A stretch of 63,735 nt of DNA, the filler included, from Licmophora abbreviata (Eukaryota), in the NCBI GenBank assembly GCA_900291995.1. It is 13 parts of 13 records of this genome, joined end to end, with 100 filler letters (N's around TTAATTAATTAA, not from the genome) between each part and the next. Parts side by side here need not be neighbours in the genome. Positions count along the whole stretch, not along the records: positions 1 to 6,481 come from OLMU01002433.1; positions 6,582 to 15,026 come from OLMU01002434.1; 11 more parts are not named here. The stretch is one strand, 5' to 3'. Every line of letters starts with the position of its first letter. The first letter of the stretch is position 1. Below, in pieces: positions 1 to 11,083 of this stretch. The position numbers and the translations under genes were made by a program. The notes under the pieces were generated by a model. That model saw only the letters and a program-made list of their open reading frames with translations, made no database searches and had not been told where the DNA came from.

Positions 1-27
1 CGCCGCCTGCCTCTTTCGTCCGTGCAG

Positions 28-1155
28 TGAAGACCCGAGTCCAGCTTGATCCAGCCAAGGTAAGTCAGCGCGAGTACGGCAACTGCCGACCGTAGTGTCG
101 TCGATACGAATACTTTCTGCCAGGGGGGCGCTAGCACGAGGAAACATGACAAAGAGTCGAAGGTGTTGCTCTCTAGATTCATTTAGCGAGGCTTGGCCCT
201 GTTTAGAACAAAAGACGCTCTGCTTGCTCCTCCAGTCATGCTGGTGATGTTCGACCATGACTGCTAGTGAGCCGCCCTGCCAAGTTTCTATATCCCCATC
301 AGCCCCGTTGTCTGCACCCCGCTGTCTTGCATCTCTCACGCGACCCTCGCTCTATCCTCTTTCTTGCAGTACAACACGGGACTCATTGGTGGTTTCCGTA
401 AAATCATTGCCGAAGAGGGTGCCATGGCCCTGACGACCGGACTCGGAGCGACCGCGGCTGGATACTTTGTCCAGGGTTGGTTCAAGTTTGGCGGAGTCGA
501 ATTCTTCAAAATCAAGGCAGTCGAGTCCATGGGAGAAGCAAAGGCTTGGGAGAACAAGACCAAAATTTACCTTGCGTCTGCTGCTGGAGCCGAGTTCATC
601 GCCGATATCTTCCTCTGTCCTCTCGAGGCTGTCCGCATCCGATCCGTCTCGGACCCCGACTTCTGCGACGGTCTCGCGGATGGATTCACCAAGATGGCCA
701 AGACAGAAGGAATTGGCGGATTCTACGCTGGTCTTTTGCCCATTCTGGCCAAACAAATTCCCTACACCATGGCCAAGTTTGCCGTCCAGGGTACCGCAGC
801 AGACATGATTTACGGCTCCATTGGCAAGTCGCCTGCCGAGTGCTCCGGATCAACCAATATCGGGGTTTCCTTGTCTTCCGGTGTCATTGCCGGAGTTGCA
901 TCCGCCATTATTTCCCATCCTGCCGATACCCTCCTGTCCAAGGTCAACAAGGCAGGTGCCGGTGGCGACGGTCCCATGATGACGCGTCTGGGGAACATTG
1001 CCCGTGAGATTGGATTCGTCAAGCTTTGCACGGTCGGTCTTCTTCCGCGTTGTGTCATGATTGGTACCTTGACGGCTGGACAGTTTGGTATCTTTGACAC
1101 GGTCATGGGTGCTTTGGGTGCTTCCAAATTCCACTTTCACAACCCCAACGAGTAA
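28..1155 (+). CDS. Mitochondrial phosphate carrier (SLC25A3/Mir1-like), 5' partial; exons 28-59 and 370-1155
   Basis: Micro-exon (V)KTRVQLDPAK is flanked by gcag| and |gtaagt and splices in frame to YNTGLIGG. Carrier motifs PLEAVRIR and HPADTLLSK and PiC signatures GYFVQGWFKFG and KQIPYTMAKF are present. Confidence 0.92.
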
Positions 1156-1389
1156 GACTATTTGAGTAAAACAATAGTTTAACATGCCGACTGAAGACAC
1201 CATAAGATACACAATTTTACGTCGACCCTAAGAGATGACATGATGAATATGTACGATACGAATAGAGTGTGTGTTGTACGTGCCGACTTGGGTTTGTATT
1301 ATAGTTTATATGACAGCAGAGAGCAAGTGACTACTACTGTACCATATTGGTGTATCGAGTGAATGCGCGTGAAAGAAAGGTGCGTTTTC

Positions 1390-2270
1390 TTAATCCTCCG
1401 GTGGAATAGGTCCCTTCTCCGAGACGTAGATTCCATCGAGGAACTTACGCAAATCCTTTTTGCGGACATTGGTGGCCTGCTGGATCTTGGCTGCCGTAAG
1501 CGACACGGCGGCAATATCATTGCCGGACAGCTCAATCTGATCCTTGACGGCCGCGGTTCGTACGTACTCGACGCCGTCCATGAGCTTGACCTTGCGCACT
1601 CGCTTTTCTCCGAGAAAGTTTCGAATCTCGACAATGTCACCCGATAGGTTGACGTTGATGGGGAAATGCGAATAGACGAATCGCATCTTGTAGCAGAAGC
1701 CTTGTGTGACGCCGACAATCATGTTTTCAATGTGGGAGCAAATGGTGCGGACGCAGGCGAGCTGTTTGCGCGACGCGAACCAGATATCGACCTTCAAGTA
1801 GGTCTTGGGATCGAGCTTTTCCTCTTCTACTTCTGCTTCGCCTTCCTTGGGTTCGGAGGCCTCTTCCGGTCCTACGATCATCATGTCCATGGAGACGTGC
1901 TTGAAGTCTCGCGTGAGCGTGCCACGAGGACCCGTCACCTTAACGGTACGAGCACCAACCTCCACCTCGACTGCAGCGAGTGAAAGAAAGAGAGTGGATG
2001 AGCAAAGGGCGCCTTTGAAACCAGCGAGCAATGGGCCTCATCATGATCTCGAGGGATGGGATCAAGCCAGTTACAGCGTACCGATACCAGGTACCGGGTA
2101 GTCGGTCTGTCCAAGCCAGTGGGCGGCATGCGCGAACTTGTCACTTTCTAATTTCTTGTCTCTCCAAAATCAAACTCTCTTCCTCCTCCTTCAAAACACG
2201 CACTTTACACATAGCTATACGTACCGGTGTCGGGGATTTCAATGGAACGGGAAGCCAAAACAGTCTTCAT
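1390..2270 (-). CDS. RPL9: 60S ribosomal protein L9 (uL6); exons 2270-2225 and 1970-1390
   Basis: Exon 1 MKTVLASRSIEIPDT, then a 254-nt GT-AG intron, then VEVGARTVKVTGPRGTLTRDFKH...KDLRKFLDGIYVSEKG. Confidence 0.96.
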
Positions 2271-2816
2271 GGTGTGGCGTGCCAGGGCGCGAGGGCGATG
2301 AAATGAGGTTGTTGCGTTAGTTAGTTTGAGTGTGTGCGGCTGTGCTGGGAGGCTGTGTAGAAATCAGTACAAATTGTACGTTACCGCTTACTATCAATAT
2401 CCTGAAAGCTTGTATGGAGCTTGGAATTTCAAAAATTGAAAGATTGTAATATTCAAACCGAGATTCGCGGTGACGATGCGTGCGTGGCGCGTCATCACGA
2501 CAGAAAAGAAAAGCTCTTGTTTGCAGTTGATCTCCAAATTGAAAATCCAGTTTGGACAAGAGTAAGAGTCGTTCTGTTGCTGTTCTGCTGAACGCATAGA
2601 TCCTCTTTGAGAGTCACAGCAGGGGATCTTTCAATTTCCATCATGGAGACAATAAGAAAAGAAAAGCCTTCTTCCTGGAGAATACCATGGTCAATACAAA
2701 GAAGAAAGCGCTCTCGCTCTATCACTACCACCAGAAGCTTGGCCAGGAGCATCACTGGTGCTTCGTCGTCATCGTCGTCACAGCAGTACTATCATCCTAG
2801 ACACAGAAGAAAAACA

Positions 2817-5186
2817 ATGTCGTATGCTGTCATGCTGGCTGTTGCTACAGCTACTTTGTTATTGTCCGATTCGACTTGGCTTACTACTCGTACTAGTAGT
2901 ACTGGAACTATTACTACAGTGACGGCTCTAACGACGACGCTTCCTGCTGCCTTACGAAGACCCAAGAGCAACAACAAGCGTAGAGCGGGCAGAAGAATGG
3001 CAGAGCAAACGAGCTCTTTAACTACTACGTCAAAGACAACCCCATCTCCGTCTTCCCAGGATTCTAGTACTCTACCACCCTGGTTGGCTCGACTGCAGAA
3101 AACACACTCCAACACCGATCATCAAGAAGAGGAACTTAAGAATCACTTGGACTGGTTGGAATAGCACTCCTGGAGCAGCAAGGTTTTCCCGTCGACACAG
3201 TCAAAGAGATCCTTGCCACCATAGAAGTTGCGGCGCAAGGTTCCATTGCTAAACGGATCGGTATGGCAGAGTTCTGTCGGTTGTTGCTTCAGACGGATAC
3301 GTCGGATGCCGAAATCTCCTTGTTGGTCACCAAGGAAGTCTTGTTGGCAAGTATATTACATTTTGGAGACTGTATCACGGCGAGGGAGACGGGATTGTAT
3401 ACTCTGGTGCAGCGTGCCATTTATCGAGAGCCCAACAAGGTAGTAGTGGCTACTGCTAGTGCCGGTACTTCTAATTCTGTGAGGACTGCCAAAAGGAAGA
3501 GACTCCCGCCGCTATCCCAGTTGGATGATGATGAGATAGTAGTAGTGGTAGATGCAGATTCTGCAACGGTGGATTCTCCTACCATGCAAGTGGCCGACAC
3601 AAACGACATTTTGTCTGATACTCAAATGCTCACGAATGCTTTATCGCCATTGGGGGACAACGACGACGACACGGAGGATCTCTCGTCGTCATCACGCTAC
3701 GACGAATATGGGCCAGAGGTACTGAGAATCGCCAAGGGTGCCGCACGTTTGAAACGAGCCGAGATACTGGCGCATGCCGTTCTGCTGGACTCGGGACGCC
3801 TCCGTTCCAAGGATGATGCGGCTCAGCAGCGGGGTTTGCTCTTGAGCGTCATGGAAGACTGGCGAGCTTTAGCAATTCGGTCGGTGGCGTGTTTGTATCG
3901 GTTGGAGGGAATATTGAAGCACGAATTGAGAATGGGAACGCCGGTAAAGCGAACACCGGAAATTGTCGAAACCGCACGCGAAGCGCTGCGTGTCTATGCG
4001 CCTCTGGCACAGCGGCTGGGTCTGCACCGACTCAAGGCGAGACTGGAGCATCGGGCGTTTCGTATCTTGTATCGACGACAATATCGCGCAGTCAAGACGT
4101 TGTATCGCGAGAAGGGAGAACGTATGCAGACCGTATCTTCTGTCTTGGAGTCTCAGATTGCGGACGTGTTGCAAGAAAACGATGATCTCATGGAACAGTT
4201 GGAAGAGCTTCGAGTCACTTCGCGTGTAAAGGAACCCTATTCGCTCTGGAAAAAGTTGCTCCGTATGCGATCGCGGAATCCAACCAAGTCGCTGACAGGC
4301 GCTTTGCTGCATTCCCCCGCCGCTACCGCCAAGTCGTCCCTGACATCGTCGGAACTTTCCTTGCTCGATGTCCAGGACGGCGTGGCGCTTCGCATCATGC
4401 TTCGTGCCCGCAAGTGGACGGCGGACGAGACCGAAGAGGAGACTCGAGCGCGGGAGCGTTTGTTGTGTTATTATGTACAATATTTACTGCGGCGCCAGTG
4501 GCCGGTGGATGACCCGACTCGAATCAAGGACTATATTGCATGGCCGAAACCCAATGGGTGAGTTGGCATGGTTCTGCACGAATGCTCGATCGAACGAACG
4601 ATTGATCTTAATAACCTTCTTCGTTCATCTCAATCGCAGGTACCAGAGTTTGCATTACACGTCCTCCATCTCGAACGAAGGGGAGGACTGGCCGTTCGAA
4701 GTGCAGGTGCGAAGCGAAGAAATGCATCATATCGCAGAGTTTGGTGTGGCGGCACATTGGGACTACAAATTGGGCGACAAGACTATGCCATTGCTAAGTC
4801 CTTCCACGACGGAGATAGCATCAGCAACAACAGCAATGGCCACTGTAGAGACCCTACCTCCCTATACAAAAGTAGCGGGCGAAAAGCAGCAGATACCAAT
4901 CAAGACGAGTGCTTCGTACATTAATGCACTCGTGACAGCACGGCGACAACTGGTACAGCAAAAGGTGTTTGTGTTTTTCGCGGGCTCGTCAGCCATTTCC
5001 AACGAGGGCCAACTGTTGTCACTGCCAGTGGGCGCTCGCGTCAGCGATGCTATTGTAGAATTAGAAGCTCAGCTGCAGAGAAATCTGGTCGACGAGCTCA
5101 AGGTTGAAATGATTGTTCGCAATGGACAGGCTGCAGACTTGGACGAGTATGTGGCGAACGGGGATGTATTGCTAATCAACCTGTAG
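2817..5186 (+). CDS. RSH: RelA/SpoT homologue (RSH, (p)ppGpp synthetase) with C-terminal TGS-like domain; 1-nt frameshift near 3160, intron 4558-4639
   Basis: Motifs YAPLAQRLG, RVKEPYSLWKK, DGVALRI, RIKDYIAWPKPNG|YQSLH and FEVQVRSEEMHHIAEFGVAAHWDYK. The N-terminus is hydrophobic then Ser/Thr-rich, like a plastid presequence. Adding one A at GAATAG restores the frame (EIALLEQQGFP). Confidence 0.9.
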
Positions 5187-5939
5187 ATTAAGAAGACTAT
5201 TGAAGTTCAAATTTACTGAGTAGAATATTTAGTTAAAATATTACATGCTCGAGTAGTACGAGAAAGCTACCTGGTATACCGCACCAGGTACCGCAAGTAG
5301 GCTACTCATAACTTGGTAGCATAGTTTTGCGCGACAGTATTTGTGACACAAAGGTCGTTTACAGGACTTTTAGGGACTTGTGCAGCAATTAGGCGGGGGC
5401 GGAGGATCTGCCTTAGGCTCCCCCTCGTCTATCCTGCGCCCTCGATTTGCTCTACTCAAAGCGGCCCACACGAGGGGTTGCAAAATAGTAACTTACTAAT
5501 GTTGTCAAACGAGAGTGAGAGTGAGATACCGGCTCTCTTGGTGACGTTCTCACGTTTTGTGTTTATTGAGCTGTGTCGCGTGCCATGCCCCGCATGCACC
5601 ATACACAACATCAAAGCACCGCGCGATCTCAACTCTCGACGACGGCATGAATTGAGCCGTCGTCGCTCGGCTTGACATCTTCTTTGCCAAGAATCGCTCT
5701 TTAGCGCTGCTTTGTTTTTAAGAGAGGAGAGAAAGCAAGCGAGCAGAGAAGTCGAATCCGCGAAAAGGAGGCCTTTCTCTTGTTTGCCAGAGTGGGCCTC
5801 CTCTCGTCTGTGCGCCGTACTCAACTCACGTAGATTCTACAGGACATCATAGTATAGTCTGCCTCCACGCTTTGACGAGGGTCGATTCGGAACACGCCGT
5901 TTCTGTTTCTGTGTTTATATCTCCCTTTGAACAGCAACC

Positions 5940-8246
5940 ATGAGCTCCAGAGGACGCACGGGGACGGCGACCAAGAAGAAATTCGGGAAGAATCTCAACA
6001 AGCTCACTGAAAAGCCTGCTCCGCCCATTACCGCTCCAGCCAAAGGATCTTCTCGAAATGGACTTCTCCTGCTATCGACCAAGCGATCCTCGTCCAACGC
6101 TGCCAGCAGCTCTGGTCTATTAGCGACCAAAACTGGGGCATCGCCCACGAAAGAAACGGCGAGGCCTTTGGGAGTCACGACGGAATCTTACACGTCGGCC
6201 CACGATGCTTTGCTAGGAGCTGTAATTGGGGCGTCACGGACGGCGGATCCACAGCAGCCACCCGATGCTTGGGGGGTAGCTTCTGACAAACCACAGACGG
6301 AAGAGATGCCTGATGGAAGCGTGGTGCCGAATACTGGAGCTGACCTAGCCATGCCAGACGAGGAGACGACGACGGGAGGTGGCGCTGAACAAGGCGAGTA
6401 CATGTCCAAGCTTGCCCATGATCGAGCCGAGCAGCGACGTCTCGAGGAGGAGACGAGGATGAATGAGCAACGAATGCGCGCNNNNNNNNNNNNNNNNNNN
6501 NNNNNNNNNNNNNNNNNNNNNNNNNTTAATTAATTAANNNNNNNNNNNNNNNNNNNNNNNNNNNNNNNNNNNNNNNNNNNNGAGCAACGAATGCGCGCCG
6601 AGCAGCGCCTTCGAGAGCTGGAGGAGAAGATGGCGGTTGAACAGGAACGTGCGGCACCGACTTCGGTCTTGTCTCGACCAGTGGAAAGTGAGCCTGTTTC
6701 CGAACCGGTGCTTCGTGCAGAGGACGGTGCCAGCGCCACGGAGTACAAGCGGTCTCCGGCACGTCCCAGAACGTTGTATGATCCAAATCGCACTTACGAC
6801 TCTGTAGCTGGTGCGAATCAGATCGTGCAGGCGCCGCAAGAGACGGAAAGTCGATTCGGTCCCATATCGCAGAAAGCAATTGCAGCAGAGCCGATCAACC
6901 CGCCTGAACCGCAAGAACCTCACTTCCAAATGGTGAATCTTTCGAAACATGTAGATCGCGATCGAGGTGAACGTGGCGCCGCAGTGGGTCCTCGTATGCT
7001 GTTTGACCCCAAGAGTGGCTCGATGGTAGCAGTGAAGGAACGAGAAAAGGGAGCTGTGAAGAACGGGGGAAAGACGAAGGGTCGTAACGGACAGGCAGCT
7101 GTTTCGGACCGTGGGGACGGCGCAGTTGACTCAGGCAAGAGTAGAGATGCCGAGCTGAAGCCCAAAAAATTGAAAACACGCAATGACGATGTTCAGCGAG
7201 GACCAAGTGGCTCCACCAGAGAAAAGAAGGGCCGCGGCAACTCGAAACGTGCCTCGTCTGAAGCTCGGCTGCCCCGTACCTGCGGAGTTCTGTACACTCG
7301 TGAGAAAAAGGGAAACTTTGTCTGTGCGGATAAATGCGACGGTGACCATGGCTACGGCTGCCACAGTGTTCCAGGTGGGCGAGTGCGAAATCCCAATGCA
7401 TACAAGCAGCTCATGGACGACCAACAACTGTACGAACCGGGCACCGGGAATGGACATGGTATCGGCAGCTATGACTTTGAAGGCTCGTCGCCGCTTGACA
7501 AGGGTCCTGGCTCGCCGAAGGCATTGGCACCGGCAGTGGACTGGATCAAACCAAACGAGAAGATTGAGCTGGTGACGGGGGCAATGGAGTCTCCAACTCT
7601 GCGTGCTACCGCTGGGGCATGGGCACCAAGTGGTGTCGCACTAACTGCCGCTGCCGCTGCACAGCAGCATCTGGCGACAGCGAATGATGCACCTACTGCT
7701 ATGAGTCGGAATATCAAGGGTGGAGAAGGTGATGAGCTCAATGGAACTGATCTGCCGGTACGTTTGTCACGAGGGACAGTTGGTCGATTCTCGTGCAATT
7801 CAATATCGGTCGCTAACAGCTCTGAATTGTGTGTTGTACCGCAGTCGTTCATTGGGCTTGGCTTTGATCCGGCCGAGAACATGGACTCAGTCATGAGATC
7901 GCCGACGTCGGAAAGAACCAAGATGGATTCGGACGGACTAGCTGCACTCGCCCTGGACGCGCCACGATCTGAGGACCCTACTGCTCGAAACATCTTTGCG
8001 TTTGGAGCGTCGTCGGCATGGGGCGAATCTGGAGCGAACTCCACCCAGGATATGAACGGCTGGTCAACGCTAGATTCTGGGAGAAACACCGCGAGTGGAG
8101 GAAACCAAGAGGCTCAAGGCGCGTCTTTCCTTTCGCTATCGACTAGTACCAGTCCCTGGGGCACGGGAGGCTTATCCGGTCTGGGCGGTCCTACGATCCC
8201 TCAGGTGCACTCCAGCGACAGTGGGGCGCCAGCAGGCGACGGATGA
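5940..8246 (+). CDS. Low-complexity protein with a BAT2/PRRC2-like N-terminus; spans a false gap; probable intron ~7758-7844
   Basis: ORFs on each side of linker 6482-6581 share the overlap GAGCAACGAATGCGCGC and join in frame. N-terminus KKKFGKNLNKL...RNGLLLLS, a coiled coil, and a Cys/His motif CADKCDGDHGYGCHSVPGG. Confidence 0.65.
6482..6581. other. Artificial scaffold linker N44-TTAATTAATTAA-N44 (first of 12)
   Basis: Identical 100-nt six-frame-stop spacers also lie at 15027-15126, 18315-18414, 23085-23184, 41056-41155, 44556-44655, 47423-47522, 49220-49319, 54002-54101, 58772-58871, 61217-61316 and 62486-62585. Confidence 0.99.
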
Positions 8247-8632
8247 TGCAGCTACTATATTATTGCGCGAACGTTTTGGACAGCTTCATGACTCAAGGTG
8301 CTAAACTCGAGAGCGACTGATCTTGGACAGTACTGGCGATATCAGACACAAGTTATCATGTGTCCTAGTGATGACGAGATTCTCGGGACTACCTGTCGAT
8401 TTGGATTGGGTGGTTCTGGGGCTGGCTCTGCGGTATAACGTGGAGAGTTGTACTTTGTCGCCCTTTCGGTTCTGCAAAGGCGAAACTAAGGACCGCGTAG
8501 CTTCTCTTCTACGCTATGGCAGTGCGACGAAAGAGTTTTGATCGACAGCCGCCTGGCGAAGCATGGGACTTAAAGTATATGCCTTAGGAATACATCGTGA
8601 TCCTGATCGGATGCCTCTCCGCGTCCGCTCTG

Positions 8633-9130
8633 CTATCGTTTTGGTTCCTCTGTAACGACGAGTTCGCTGTAGCCCGTCTCGCCGTCTTTCTCGCGTCCGA
8701 ACGTAACTCCATCGATGGTTCCAATGACCAGCTCGAGTGTTGTGAAGACGTTCCCTGCTACAAGATGCCCGCCAAACGTGTCACCGTCACCATTGGCTAC
8801 GGACATGTGCAAGTGTTTCTGCCGCGACGGCCCAAAGGTACCAACGAGACTGACTACCTCCAGCTTTTCTTTAGTCCAGTGACGCATATCGTTCACTTCT
8901 TCGACCCCCCGCTCCCTTGAAGACTTGGCTAACCGCAGCGTGAGAGCAGACAAGGATCCGACCGCCGAAAGAACAAACGCCGACTTCGAGCCCGATGATG
9001 CCATGGCGCGCTCTGCGACATCCAGCAGCGACTTCATAAGATTGCTACCTGGATGGAGGCGTACAGAGTGAGCTTTCAGAGTGCCACTGGGCAATGAAGT
9101 GGACGGCAGCGACTCGGACGAGGATGCCAT
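8633..9130 (-). CDS. PPC/DUF296 domain protein
   Basis: Motifs VRLHPGSNL, SAVGSL, EVVSLVGT and HLHMSVANGDGDTFGGHL. Confidence 0.9.
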   Translation of the reverse strand: MASSSESLPSTSLPSGTLKAHSVRLHPGSNLMKSLLDVAERAMASSGSKSAFVLSAVGSLSALTLRLAKSSRERGVEEVNDMRHWTKEKLEVVSLVGTFGPSRQKHLHMSVANGDGDTFGGHLVAGNVFTTLELVIGTIDGVTFGREKDGETGYSELVVTEEPKR

Positions 9131-9762
9131 GGTGATGGGTGATGGGATGTATTACACGAGCATCGAAAGATCTTTTCTCTTTCCTTCTTGCTCTTTTCAG
9201 AGTCAAAGGAGTCTAAAGGGACTCGACTTGACTACTCGACTCACTTGCGTGCGTGACTCGACTCGCGATTTCTCAAATGCCGAATTCCGAATTCGACCTT
9301 TTCAGCCCTGTTTTCGGCTTTCGACGCCCCTATCTTGGTTCGTTTCGCCTGTTCGACGGCGGCTCGATAGGTCCTTACGGATGTACCAGTGACGAAGGGA
9401 AAAATTAAAATGAATTCGGGGCGGAAACGAGCCAGATCGCTGAAACAACACGCGAAATTGTAATCGAGACTCCTGATTCGAAACTTGCAGCCGCAGCACC
9501 TCATTTTCGATCTTTACGACCGTATCATGTCTACTTTCGTCTCTTCAACCGTTCCATGGATCCGCACGGATAAGATGGTCACGATAAGCAGGAAACGGCG
9601 GAAAACGTGGACTGGAAAGGGCTAGTAGTACTGAAAAAAACATAAGCAAAACCCTCATCAACGAGGCACGTAGGACGATGGCGCAACGGAAGGCGACGCC
9701 CACGAATGTTGGAAAAGTATGAAATCCGATGCCACAACTTTTTATAAGCGACAATGCGAGCT

Positions 9763-10731
9763 TCACCCCATCTCTACATTTTGATTGCGTAAATTGATGT
9801 GACACAAAGCCGCCTCTACCTTTTCCGCCCACCCGTCAATGCCCGGTTTCTCTGGGTAAAAGATACGATCCTCTCGCCATCCGTGTTGTCGACATGCTAT
9901 CGCGCTCGTTTCCCCAATGCAGGCTGCTGTGACGTTTGTGTTTTGATTGGTGTTCTGTAACCATCCTTCGACTGCCGATGGACTCCCGAAACAGGCAATC
10001 CCAACAGTTGATGCGAGTCCCTTCTGCCGATCGCTCCATGTTGCAGTGACAGTATCGTATGTATTGAGGCGGGTTACAGAGAATCCACGTTTTGTCAAGC
10101 CGTCTTGCAGCGTCGTAGCAGCTTTGGCAGACGCCGGGTATAGAACTGTGCTAGCAGTAGTAGCATCGCCTTTCTTTGGAAGCTCTTGCACAAGCACTTT
10201 AGCGAGGGCCTTGCTCGGACAGAAATCTACGCGAATGCCCAAGGACTCGAGCGTCGACTGTGTCGCCTTGCCCACCACTGCCACAGAAGGATGTGGATGC
10301 TCACGCCTCTCCTCTATTACATCATCCCAGACACTAGCCAATACACGCGCTGCTTCAGGGGACGTGACTGCCACATAGTCCCACTGTGTATCTCGTAGCA
10401 TCGGTTCGAGTCGTTCCAGATCGTCCCCATCAGCATGAGCTATACACGGTAGCTCAACGATCTGAGCAGATCCACTAATACTAGAAGAGTCTCTCATCCG
10501 GTTCTCAAGCTCCCGTCTCAATTTTTCGTTTTTTCCCTCTTCTCGCGTCAATGCTATCGACGTCGTCGTCGCATCTTGTGTGCTGGCCCAGCACTTTGTG
10601 GGTCGTCGTGGTGCTGTACGTCGCCGTTGTTGTGGCTGGAACGTTAAACACAAGGGTAAAAAGGATTGGGCGGCCGACACACACATCAGCAGTCGTAAGA
10701 AAGCAGGTGGAGGGAAAAAGGGAGGCGGCAT
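9763..10731 (-). CDS. hemD: Uroporphyrinogen-III synthase, plastid-targeted
   Basis: Motifs IALTREEGKNEKL, VTSPEAA, VLYPAS, RLNTYDT, FGSPSAV and ACIGETSA. Signal-like N-terminus ending AAQSFLP. Confidence 0.92.
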   Translation of the reverse strand: MPPPFFPPPAFLRLLMCVSAAQSFLPLCLTFQPQQRRRTAPRRPTKCWASTQDATTTSIALTREEGKNEKLRRELENRMRDSSSISGSAQIVELPCIAHADGDDLERLEPMLRDTQWDYVAVTSPEAARVLASVWDDVIEERREHPHPSVAVVGKATQSTLESLGIRVDFCPSKALAKVLVQELPKKGDATTASTVLYPASAKAATTLQDGLTKRGFSVTRLNTYDTVTATWSDRQKGLASTVGIACFGSPSAVEGWLQNTNQNTNVTAACIGETSAIACRQHGWREDRIFYPEKPGIDGWAEKVEAALCHINLRNQNVEMG

Positions 10732-11083
10732 TGTGCGAAAGGTCGAGACAGGACGGGGCAGGTCACGATCTGATGCTGTGTTCACATCACATCGCGTATC
10801 GAACATGGTCATACAGTAAAACAAGGAAGATCGGACCCAGAACTTCAAGGAGGCTGGACTGAGAGACTGACAGACGCTCGCGCCAAAATAAATCTGATGG
10901 GCATACGTGTTCGGTGTTCGCATCCGCAGCCGCGACAATCTCACCAGACACGCACGACCACACTCCATGCCGTGTGAGTCACTCGATCCTGGATGTTCCT
11001 GCTGCTGCTGTTGCCCTTGGAGGATTATTGTGTTTCACACGAACAAACCAGTCCACTGCAGAAGCGCTGTTTGCTAGCTGCGC

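Noticed and set aside
6526..6537. Repeated TTAATTAATTAA palindrome as a biological repeat or CRISPR-like array
   Set aside because: It is always centred in exactly 44+44 Ns, so it is an artificial six-frame-stop linker.
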